From Phycisphaerales bacterium JB050 (lineage in GTDB: Bacteria; Planctomycetota; Phycisphaerae; Phycisphaerales; UBA1924), in the NCBI GenBank assembly GCA_043101125.1, contig JBICHT010000088.1, positions 145-64,144 on the forward strand: a stretch of 64,000 bases of DNA, in the 5' to 3' direction. The position numbers were made by a program, and so were the translations under genes. The notes beneath the pieces are model-generated. The model made no database searches. It was given only the letters and a program-made list of their open reading frames with translations, and was not told the DNA's origin. Below, piece by piece: positions 19,307-27,573 of the stretch; within the stretch, counting starts at the first letter, position 1, and each line of letters starts with the position of its first letter.

Positions 19307-20515
19307 TCAGCCAAGAACGGTGACCATGTCCCACATGGGGAGGAAGATCGCGAGGGCGATCATCAGCACCACGCCGGTCAGAACCGCGATCAGCACCGGT
19401 TCCAGCACGGTGGAGAGCGTCTTCGCACGGTGTCGGGTCTCGCGCGAGTAATGTTTGGTGAGGATCTCGCACATCCGCGGGATATCCCCAGCCTCCTCGC
19501 CTGCGGTCAGCAACTGCTTCGCGAACCCGGTGAGGTAGGTGCATTCCGGAAGGCTCTCGCGCAGGCGACCGCCGCGCCGGACCTGATCGGCCAGACGACG
19601 CGAATCGGCTTCCAGCAACGGACGGCCGGTGGCCTTGCCGGCCATCGTGATACTCTCGATCAGGCCGACACCCGAACGCATCGCGATCCCGAACACGCCG
19701 GAGAACCTCGAGAGGGCCAGCCCGGTCAGGACTTCGTGCAGGACGGGGATCCGGTGCATCAGCGAATCGATCATGGCTCGCGAACGGGGTCGGGACCACG
19801 CGGTGCGGAGCGCGTAGATCGCCCCGATCAGTCCGACCCCGTAAAAATACCAGTAAGCCTTGATCGATTGCCCGAGGTTCATCAGGATGACTGTGAGCAT
19901 GGGCAGTTCGATGCCTCTGGCGGCAAACATCGTCGCGAACTTCGGCACGACAAAGGTCACCAGAAAGAGGGTGGCGATCGACAAGGTGATGACAACGGTC
20001 GCCGGGTAGAGCGTGGCGCCGCGGATGAGCCGGCGCATCTCGCCCTGTTCATCAACGATCTCCGCGAGGTGACCGAGCACGGTCGTCATGTTGCCCGAAG
20101 TCTCCGCGGCGCGGATGGTCTCGATGTATACCGTCCCGAAGGTGCGTCTGTACTTCTCCAGCCCATCGGTGATCGACCGTCCCGACTCCACCTCTCGCGC
20201 GAGGTGCGCCGAGATTTCCTGGATCATCGGGTTCGTCGCCTGCTCGGCGATCGATCGGAAGGCCGTCACGATCGGGATCCTGGCATCCAGCAGCACGCTG
20301 AGTTGATAGGTGAAGTGGGCGATTTCCTCGTAAGCAACCTTCTTGCCACGCCCGCCCCGCGCAACGGATCGGCGAGCCTCACGCAGTTTGGTCGGGGTCA
20401 TCCCGTCCGACGCGAGACGCTGCATCGCGTCATGACGCGTCGGGGCGCTCAGCGTCCCGCGATGGGGACGCCCCTCACGATCGACCGCGGTGTACTCGAA
20501 GGAGATCGCGCTCAT
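19307..20515 (-). CDS. type II secretion / type IV pilus platform protein (GspF/PilC family)
   Basis: 402 aa with two T2SSF-type repeats and 3 TM segments. 4-nt overlap with the GspE-like gene. Confidence 0.9.
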   Translation of the reverse strand: MSAISFEYTAVDREGRPHRGTLSAPTRHDAMQRLASDGMTPTKLREARRSVARGGRGKKVAYEEIAHFTYQLSVLLDARIPIVTAFRSIAEQATNPMIQEISAHLAREVESGRSITDGLEKYRRTFGTVYIETIRAAETSGNMTTVLGHLAEIVDEQGEMRRLIRGATLYPATVVITLSIATLFLVTFVVPKFATMFAARGIELPMLTVILMNLGQSIKAYWYFYGVGLIGAIYALRTAWSRPRSRAMIDSLMHRIPVLHEVLTGLALSRFSGVFGIAMRSGVGLIESITMAGKATGRPLLEADSRRLADQVRRGGRLRESLPECTYLTGFAKQLLTAGEEAGDIPRMCEILTKHYSRETRHRAKTLSTVLEPVLIAVLTGVVLMIALAIFLPMWDMVTVLG

Positions 20516-22221
20516 GCCGCGGCCCTCTGTGACTCACAGTCCACCTGCGTCTGCGCGATCATCGCCACCCGGGCGACCTCATCGAGTGTGGTCTGTCCGA
20601 GTTTCGCCTTTCGGAGGCCATCGCGCCACATCGGACCGAAGCAGCCCGCCTCCGGGCGGAGGGTGTCGTAGCAGCGTGCGGCGATCTCCACCGTGGGCGA
20701 GCCGGTCTCGACGAGTTCTGAAATCCCCGGAGTCATGCGGACCAATTCGTAGATCCCGGTCCGGCCTCGGAATCCGCTGCCCGAGCAGCGGGCACAGCCT
20801 CGGCCCTCCCGGAAGTCGTGATGCCCGGAGCCCACATCAAAGCGGCGAAGCAACTGCGGATCCGGTGTGACCTCGTGTGAGCAGTCGGTGCAGATGGTTC
20901 GCACCAGGCGTTGGGCGAGTACACCGAGAAGGCTGGAGGTAATTACAAACGGCGGGACCTCGAGATCGCGCAGTCGAGCAATCGCACCGGGCGCATCGTT
21001 CGTGTGCAGCGTGCTGAGCACCAGGTGACCGGTCAGCGAGGCTTGCATCGCGATCATGGCGGTCTCGCTGTCGCGGATCTCACCGAGCAGGACGATGTCC
21101 GGGTCTTGTCGCAGGATCGAACGGAGTGCGCCCGCGAAAGTCAGACCGATCTCCGTGTTTGTCTGGATCTGCCGGATGCCGTGCATGCGGATCTCGACCG
21201 GGTCCTCGATCGTCATGATGTTGCGATCGGGCGAATTGAGCAGTTTGAGCGCGGTGTACAGGGTGGATGTCTTGCCCGAACCGGTCGGGCCGGTCACCAG
21301 GAACATCCCGTGCGGGTGAGCGATGAGGTCCTCGATGGCATCACTGATCTGGGTGTCTACGCCGAGTTCGGTGAAACTGAGGATCTGGCCGTGTGGCCTC
21401 AAGATGCGGAGCACCACATTCTCACCATTCACGGTCGGGATCGTCGAGATACGGATCTCGTAATGTTCGCCGCGATGGCCAATACGGAATTTCCCGTCCT
21501 GGGGGCGCCGAGTCTGTGTCAGGTCGAGGTTCGCCATGACCTTCAGACGCTGGACCAGACCCTGGTGAGCAGACAGTGGGGGCCCCTGACGGTTCTGCAG
21601 CCGGCCATCGATGCGGTAGCGGAGTTGCAACTCGTGCTCGTCGGGGCTGAGGTGGATGTCCGAAGCGTCGGCGTCGATTGCATCGGCGATCACCTGGTTC
21701 ACCGCGCGGACAATCGGCTCTTCTTTGGTTGTGTCGTCCAGTTCGCGGAAATCCGCGGTTCGCTTGCGCGCATCCGAGCCGCTCGATGAAAGACTGTACG
21801 ACTTGGCGATCAGCGAACGCAGGGCCTGCTCTTCGCAGAGCACCGGATCGATGTCCTTCCTCAACACCTGTCGGAGTTGGTCGATGGCCTTGAGGTTGAG
21901 CGGATCGACCATGCCGACCGTGATCAGGCCGTCGCCGATGAAGAGCGGGAAGGCTGCGACCTGCTCGGCGACGGTCCGAGGCAGCAAGGAGGCGTTGTTG
22001 ATGTCGATGTCGTAGCGGTCGAGGTCCACGAACGGGTATTCGCACAAGATCGCTCGTGCCATCGCGAGGTCGCGCGCCGTGATTGCCCCGGAGGTCACCA
22101 GGGCCTGCTCAACCTCGATGCCGTCTCGACGGGCGTGCACGGTGGCCTCGTCGACCACCTGTTGGCTGGTGAATCCCTCTTCAATCAGGCAGCGGATCAG
22201 GTAGTCGCTGGAGCCGAGCAT
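20512..22221 (-). CDS. type II secretion / type IV pilus assembly ATPase (GspE/PilB family)
   Basis: N-terminal T2SSE_N-type domain, Walker A GPTGSGKT, Walker B/Asp box DIVLLGEIRD, His box GHLVLSTLHTNDA, and tetracysteine CTDC...CARC. Confidence 0.92.
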   Translation of the reverse strand: MLGSSDYLIRCLIEEGFTSQQVVDEATVHARRDGIEVEQALVTSGAITARDLAMARAILCEYPFVDLDRYDIDINNASLLPRTVAEQVAAFPLFIGDGLITVGMVDPLNLKAIDQLRQVLRKDIDPVLCEEQALRSLIAKSYSLSSSGSDARKRTADFRELDDTTKEEPIVRAVNQVIADAIDADASDIHLSPDEHELQLRYRIDGRLQNRQGPPLSAHQGLVQRLKVMANLDLTQTRRPQDGKFRIGHRGEHYEIRISTIPTVNGENVVLRILRPHGQILSFTELGVDTQISDAIEDLIAHPHGMFLVTGPTGSGKTSTLYTALKLLNSPDRNIMTIEDPVEIRMHGIRQIQTNTEIGLTFAGALRSILRQDPDIVLLGEIRDSETAMIAMQASLTGHLVLSTLHTNDAPGAIARLRDLEVPPFVITSSLLGVLAQRLVRTICTDCSHEVTPDPQLLRRFDVGSGHHDFREGRGCARCSGSGFRGRTGIYELVRMTPGISELVETGSPTVEIAARCYDTLRPEAGCFGPMWRDGLRKAKLGQTTLDEVARVAMIAQTQVDCESQRAAA

Positions 22222-22664
22222 CAGGCCGCCTCCTCAGTGTTCCCCGCCGCGATCGCTGCCAGCACATCTTCAACCGACTGCTGAAGGGCCGCACTCGGAT
22301 CCACGAACGAACATCCCAGCGCGTATCTGGGCTCCTTGGAACTCATCCTTGTCCGCATCACCCGGACCGTCGCCTCGAATTCTGGAAGCATGCTCCCCGG
22401 ATCCGCCAGCAGTTTCACGCGCAGCACGCACTGCCGAGGCAGGAAGCACGGGCTCTCCAGCCCGAGGCCGCCCTGACCGAGGTCCACAAGCGAAGCGTTG
22501 AAACTCGTGCCGATCCCGGATGATCGCCCCAGGCGGACCGTCACCGGCGATTGCTCGTCGAGCGCCACCTGCACCGGCAGCGACATCTCGTGACGCTCAA
22601 AGCGACGGACGGTCAGTCCTCCGCTCTCAACGGGGCGCTGCTGCCGATCTGGTTCGGTTGACAT
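22221..22664 (-). CDS. PilZ domain protein, first gene of the secretion/pilus operon
   Basis: RRFERH (RxxxR) is present. The second motif is degenerate: DLGQGG, with Gly in place of the Ser of DxSxxG. Its stop overlaps the GspE start (TGATG). Confidence 0.7.
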   Translation of the reverse strand: MSTEPDRQQRPVESGGLTVRRFERHEMSLPVQVALDEQSPVTVRLGRSSGIGTSFNASLVDLGQGGLGLESPCFLPRQCVLRVKLLADPGSMLPEFEATVRVMRTRMSSKEPRYALGCSFVDPSAALQQSVEDVLAAIAAGNTEEAA

Positions 22665-22692
22665 AAACGGGTCTCCGATTGTCCGACGCGGG

Positions 22693-22772
22693 TGCGTTGC
22701 CCTCGCAGCACCCAGAATCGGTCGGATTCCCCGTCGAATACACCCGGCCAGTCAAACTTGCGTGCCCTCGCA
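22693..22772 (-). promoter_or_regulatory. two copies of TGCGAGGGC(A)ACGCA in the operon leader (candidate operator)
   Basis: On the + strand, TGCGTTGCCCTCGCA at 22693-22707 and TGCGTGCCCTCGCA at 22759-22772. These lie 29-108 nt upstream of the PilZ ATG (22664). Each copy has TGCG/CGCA inverted ends. Confidence 0.3.
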
Positions 22773-22845
22773 TGGCAGGAAAAGAGCCCCGGTTCCCCAA
22801 TCCTTACAAACGGACCACCTGAATAGGGGGTGCACTGTCCCCGGC

Positions 22846-24606
22846 TCAGCGATCCTTCTGCCACTCCGATCCGGCCATGATCGCCGCGGCTTCGCTTTTG
22901 CCGAGTTCCCGCGCCTTCTCTTCCGGAGTGCGGCTGAACGGTTTGGGCTCGCCGGATTCTGCGGTGTCGCGTTGCAGGTGCAGCGTCTGCGTTGGGAACG
23001 CGAATTCGACCCCGAGTTTCTTCGCCAGCCGCAGGGCGTCCAGGATGAATCGCTGGCGCTCGCGGAGCTCAGTGGACCAGTCCGGAACCCGGAAGAAGAT
23101 GTACACCAGCACATCGATCGAGTGGGCACCGAGATTGTTCAAGTGGATCTCGTATGAGTCCTTGCGGGTGTACGGGTGGTTGCGGACGATCTCGCGCAGC
23201 CCCTCGCAGAACGCCTCAACCAGTTCCGGGTCGGTGTCGTAGGTCAGGTTGTAGACGGCCTTGTACCGCCGGTAGATCCGGCGCCCGTAGTTGTCCACCG
23301 TGGCGCGCACGAGCGTGGCGTTGGGGATCGTGACCAGGGAGTTGTGGAAGGTCCGCACCCGCGTCGAGCGGAAGCCGAGGTCCTCGACGGTGCCCTCGGT
23401 GTCGCCGACCACGACCCAGTCGCCCACATTGAACGGCCGATCGAGGATCACCGCGACCGAGCCGAACAGGTTCTCGATGGTGTCCTTCGCGGCGAACGCG
23501 AACGCCAGACCACCGATGCCGAGGCCCGCGACCAGCGATGTGATCGGCAGGTTGAACGACTCGGCCAGGAACACCAGCCCGAACGCCACCACGAAGATCT
23601 TCACCGCCTTGCGGATCAGGGGGACGAGCAGGTCGTCGAACTTCGTTGTCGTTTTCCCGGCCTTGCGCTCGAAATACTCCGAGGCCAGATCGACCACCCG
23701 GTAGATGGCCCAGATCGCGCTGACCAGGGCGAACGCCTTGGCCGCGATCTGCAGTACCTGTGTCGCGAGCACCGGCATCTGCAGAACCGGGAGGAGCAGA
23801 TAGACCAGCGTCGCACCACCGGCGAGGCCAGCGGGGCGCGCGACCTTTCGGATCAATCCCGCCGTGTCGTGCTCGGTCTTGTCGTCCTCGGCTTTCTTGA
23901 GATAGCGACGCGAGATCACCTGGACCACGCCACGCAGAGCCAGATCGAACGCCACGCCCATCAGGATCAGGATGAACAGCCCGCCCCATTGGTAGTACCG
24001 CAGCCCGAATAGTCGCCCGGCCACCGTCCAACTCAGTCCCCAGTCCCGCAGGGTCGTCTGGAGGGCATCCAGTTCGAGCGTGTCGTACAGCGCATAGGCG
24101 GCACGCGTGGTGCGCTCGCTGATTCTCCATTCACTGTTGCGAAGTTCGAGGGTGAGCAGGAGGTTCGCATCCTGCCCATCGCTCAGCGAAACGCTCCAGA
24201 CCGATTCTGCAGGCAGGTCGTTTCGACCCGGCGCAAACGAGGCGAGGTCTTCCGAGTCGTGGAAATCCTCGAAATACCGCAAAACATCGTAGAGACGCGT
24301 CGCGATCTCGCTCTCATCGGCGTTCCGCAGCACATCCGATGGCAATTCCACCGCTTGCAGTGCCCGGTCCAGATCTCGCGGCTGCGGCTCCAGGCCCGTG
24401 TGGGCTTTCATGGAACGGAAGAATGTACTGATCGTGCTCCGGGGTGATCCGAGATCAACGGCTTGCGGTGCGCTCGTCTCGGTTTGGGCCTCACCCGTCG
24501 TCGCCCCATCGGGTCCGCCTTCCTGGGCCGCGAGCGCTTGAGGCGCAATCAGGTACAGCGCGGCGAGGATCGAGAGCAGCAGGAATCGGATTCGGATCGT
24601 TTGCAT
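22846..24606 (-). CDS. mechanosensitive ion channel (MscS family) with large N-terminal periplasmic domain
   Basis: GDWVVVGDTEGTVEDLGFRSTRVRTFHNSLVTIPNATL is the MscS beta-domain signature. Start trimmed to ATG 24606 (MQTIRIRFLLLSILAALYLIAPQALA signal peptide). Confidence 0.85.
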   Translation of the reverse strand: MQTIRIRFLLLSILAALYLIAPQALAAQEGGPDGATTGEAQTETSAPQAVDLGSPRSTISTFFRSMKAHTGLEPQPRDLDRALQAVELPSDVLRNADESEIATRLYDVLRYFEDFHDSEDLASFAPGRNDLPAESVWSVSLSDGQDANLLLTLELRNSEWRISERTTRAAYALYDTLELDALQTTLRDWGLSWTVAGRLFGLRYYQWGGLFILILMGVAFDLALRGVVQVISRRYLKKAEDDKTEHDTAGLIRKVARPAGLAGGATLVYLLLPVLQMPVLATQVLQIAAKAFALVSAIWAIYRVVDLASEYFERKAGKTTTKFDDLLVPLIRKAVKIFVVAFGLVFLAESFNLPITSLVAGLGIGGLAFAFAAKDTIENLFGSVAVILDRPFNVGDWVVVGDTEGTVEDLGFRSTRVRTFHNSLVTIPNATLVRATVDNYGRRIYRRYKAVYNLTYDTDPELVEAFCEGLREIVRNHPYTRKDSYEIHLNNLGAHSIDVLVYIFFRVPDWSTELRERQRFILDALRLAKKLGVEFAFPTQTLHLQRDTAESGEPKPFSRTPEEKARELGKSEAAAIMAGSEWQKDR

Positions 24607-24659
24607 GCCGCGATGATACGAAACCTCGCGAGCCCCGCTCCACCGCGGGCTCCATTCAT

Positions 24660-25187
24660 TCAGATCCGAGGCAACGCGATGAATGGAGCATCCGCTCGCA
24701 GATACAACGGATGGCGAGGGAGGCCATCGGCCGTGAAACCCAGCGCGACGCATCCGGGATGATCGCCCAGCAGCGATCGGACCGCTCGATCCCGGTCCAG
24801 CAGCCTCGCGTGCGCCCCCCACGCCGCGACGACGGTCTTCGAGCGGGCCGCGGCTCGCCGGATCGCCTCGTCGTTGCGAGCACCGATCGGGTCGAGACCG
24901 TCATCGATGGCCCGCTTCAACGCGGCGGGATCGGTCGATCGCAGCGCAAAGGCGTTCACCACCTCGATGGAGCCGAACCCGCGATCGAGCGCGTAGCCGA
25001 TCGCCCGGCGTACGGTCGGGTCGTTCTGGCGCTCGTCCGCGGTCGAAGGATTGAGCATGCAGAAGCAGATCCGCTCTTTCGCAGCGTCCCACTCGCGAAC
25101 CAGCGAGTACCGATACCGTCGGCAGCGGCTGAATGAAGCACGACTGCGGGCCTCAGGGAATCCCGGAACGGTCAAGGCAGGCGGCAT
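24660..25187 (-). CDS. DUF1643-family protein
   Basis: RYRYSLVREW...ICFCMLNPSTADERQNDPTVRRAIGYA...VVNAFALRSTDP...LPRHPLYL matches my memory of DUF1643. Start trimmed to ATG 25187, 5 nt after the upstream stop. Confidence 0.7.
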   Translation of the reverse strand: MPPALTVPGFPEARSRASFSRCRRYRYSLVREWDAAKERICFCMLNPSTADERQNDPTVRRAIGYALDRGFGSIEVVNAFALRSTDPAALKRAIDDGLDPIGARNDEAIRRAAARSKTVVAAWGAHARLLDRDRAVRSLLGDHPGCVALGFTADGLPRHPLYLRADAPFIALPRI

Positions 25188-25192
25188 GCGAC

Positions 25193-26383
25193 TCAGAAAT
25201 CCCGGCGACTGAAGATCCATGCGCCGATGGCGAGGATGAACGCCTCGAACGCCAGCGAGGTGCCGATGATCCACCAGAGCGGGCGCTTGCGGTACTCGAG
25301 TTCCGCTTGCAGTTGCGGGTCTTCCCTCGCGTTCTGTGAATCCAGGATCTGTCCGAGGTCATCGAGCGTCACGAGGTTCCGCTCGAGCAACGCAAGTGTT
25401 TCACCGGTCTTGGGGAGCACGGTTTTTACACCGTAAACCCCCTTGTGCCACAGACCCAGAGTTTCGACACCCTTAAGCGTGGATTGTTTCTGCTCGGTCA
25501 GATTCTCTATTTCCGTTTCGGCGGTCGCGATTCGCGATGCCCGCTCTGTCGCGCCCATCCGGCCATCGCTTCTTCCCGGTTTGAAAACTTGGGTGATACG
25601 ATCGATCGATCCTTTGGGTTCTGCGTCAGCGTCAGGCTGATTCTCTTCCGGTGCGTCGCCATTCTGCGCGGCTTTCAGCGTCACCAATTCCTGTTCGAGG
25701 GTTTCGATGCGCTCGTCCATCTGCTGCACCCGTTGTTCAGAATTCACTCGAATGTTGAGCATCATGGCGTCGGTCCAGTGCAGAACCGTCAGCCCGCCCC
25801 AGATCAACCCGGTCAGCAGCAGGGCGGCCAGTGTTGACTTGGTGACCAGCCCGATGAGCATGCACATCGAGAACAGATAACTATAAAACAGCACCACAAT
25901 GGGGATCGCGAGCAGGATCCCGAATTCCCGCGCCCCGCCCCTGATCCCGATGACGAGCAACGATGCGATCGCAAAGACCGCGACCTGCAGAGTGACAAAG
26001 ATCAGGCCACAAGCGAACTTCGTGAGGTACAAGCGGGTTCTCGACACCGGCTTGGAGAGCATGAGTTCGATCGAACCACCCGAAATGAAGTCCGGGATCA
26101 TGCCCGCGGTCGTGATGAGCGCGAGGATCGTGGCGATGGTGGTCAGCCAGAATTTGACGCCAAAGTTCAGGAAGATGAGTTTATAGAGCAGGGCCGGCGG
26201 GAAAGTCTCGGAATTGAACCCTTCCATCGGGAGCGTGAACCAGAGCAGCACGAGCCCACGCTCATTGAGACCAACCGCCGCGAAGATCAGAACCACCAAC
26301 CCCGACAACATCATCGTGATCCAGAACAGTTTCTTGCTGTTCAGTTCCCGATACGCGTCCACAAACAGTGCGACGGTTTTCAT
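25193..26383 (-). CDS. ABC-2-type transporter permease with a long coiled-coil insertion
   Basis: About 5 N-terminal TM helices, then about 150 aa of charged coiled coil (EQRVQQMDERIETLEQELVTLKAAQ...AETEIENLTEQKQ), then a final TM. 4-nt overlap with the ATPase gene. Confidence 0.7.
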   Translation of the reverse strand: MKTVALFVDAYRELNSKKLFWITMMLSGLVVLIFAAVGLNERGLVLLWFTLPMEGFNSETFPPALLYKLIFLNFGVKFWLTTIATILALITTAGMIPDFISGGSIELMLSKPVSRTRLYLTKFACGLIFVTLQVAVFAIASLLVIGIRGGAREFGILLAIPIVVLFYSYLFSMCMLIGLVTKSTLAALLLTGLIWGGLTVLHWTDAMMLNIRVNSEQRVQQMDERIETLEQELVTLKAAQNGDAPEENQPDADAEPKGSIDRITQVFKPGRSDGRMGATERASRIATAETEIENLTEQKQSTLKGVETLGLWHKGVYGVKTVLPKTGETLALLERNLVTLDDLGQILDSQNAREDPQLQAELEYRKRPLWWIIGTSLAFEAFILAIGAWIFSRRDF

Positions 26384-27468
26384 GATGAGGCCCCCGGCTT
26401 GAGCACGGCTCCGGTGGATTGATCGGTTACCGCCTGGATAAACAAATCTTCCAGCGACGGTCGGTACGGCGCAACGCGCTTGATGGTCAGCCCTGCCTCA
26501 CGCATCGCATCGACCAGCGGCTGCACCCGACCGGCTTCGGTCGTCATCGCGGTGATGCGGGTCTCGCCAGCGAAGACGAGCAGGCCGCCATCGAGCATCC
26601 AACTTTGGCTCGCGCGTTCTTCGATCAGCCCGATCCGACCCGGCAGGCGGCCAGCGCTCTCTGCCGGTGCGGGCGCGAATCGACCGGTGAAGTGTTGGGC
26701 GATGTTGAATTCCTGCTCAGCGTGCTCGACTTCGATCTCGTAGCACTGCTGATCGGCCGTGAGTTCATCCAGCGTGCCCTGCTGGTGGAGCCGCCCCTGC
26801 ACGAGAATCGCCACGCGCCCGCACACCATCTCGAGTTCGCTCAGAAGGTGGCTGTTGAGCAGGACGGTCTTCCCTTCGTCGCGGATCCGTTCCACGATCT
26901 CGCGGATGTCTCGTCGCCCGACCGGGTCCACGCCGTCGGTTGGCTCATCGAGCAGCACGATCTCGGGGTTGTTCATCAGAGCCTGGGCGATTCCGACGCG
27001 CTGGCGCATGCCCTTGGAGTAGGACTTGATCTTCTTATTCCGCCATTCCAGCATCCCAACCATGTCCAGCAGTTCCGGAGCGCGCTTCTTGCGCTGGGCA
27101 CGGTCCACGCCAGCCATCGCGCCGTAGAAATCCACCACCTGCTCGCCGGTCAGGTACTCCGGAAAACGGTGGTGCTCCGGCAGATAGCCAATCTTGGCGA
27201 GCGTGGGTTTGTGCCCGATCGGAGCCCCGAGCATGTGACCCTGGCAGCGAGTCGGGCGGATCACCGTCATGAGGATCTTGATCAGCGTTGACTTCCCTGC
27301 CCCGTTGGGGCCGAGCAACCCGAACACCTCGCCGCGTTCGATACGCAGATCAACACCCCTCAGGGCGTGGACCTTGCCTTTGTAGACCTTTTCCACGCCG
27401 CGAAGTTCGATCGCGGCGTCTTTCGAGTTCTCGAACTGCTGGCTACCGGCTTCCTCGACCATGATCAC
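26380..27468 (-). CDS. ABC transporter ATP-binding protein (CcmA/ABC-2 type, C-terminal extension)
   Basis: Walker A GPNGAGKST, signature YSKGMRQRV, Walker B IVLLDEPTDGVD, H-loop LNSHLL, plus an extra C-terminal domain of about 120 aa. Confidence 0.9.
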   Translation of the reverse strand: MIMVEEAGSQQFENSKDAAIELRGVEKVYKGKVHALRGVDLRIERGEVFGLLGPNGAGKSTLIKILMTVIRPTRCQGHMLGAPIGHKPTLAKIGYLPEHHRFPEYLTGEQVVDFYGAMAGVDRAQRKKRAPELLDMVGMLEWRNKKIKSYSKGMRQRVGIAQALMNNPEIVLLDEPTDGVDPVGRRDIREIVERIRDEGKTVLLNSHLLSELEMVCGRVAILVQGRLHQQGTLDELTADQQCYEIEVEHAEQEFNIAQHFTGRFAPAPAESAGRLPGRIGLIEERASQSWMLDGGLLVFAGETRITAMTTEAGRVQPLVDAMREAGLTIKRVAPYRPSLEDLFIQAVTDQSTGAVLKPGASS

Positions 27469-27573
27469 TCCTCACATCGGCTTCTCTGCATGGTACTTGG
27501 TGAAGCCGCGGGTACGATTTCGATGCCGCGATCCCTCCCCTTGATGCCGGAGAAGGGTATACGATTCGCCCTC

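Noticed and set aside
22665-22845. Possible c-di-GMP (GEMM-I) riboswitch in the PilZ-GspE leader
   Set aside because: There is only a partial resemblance (GGGCACGCAAG against GGGACGCAAAGCC). The GGCAAAC/GAAAG tetraloop-receptor elements and the paired stems are missing. I reported the two direct repeats instead as a possible protein operator.
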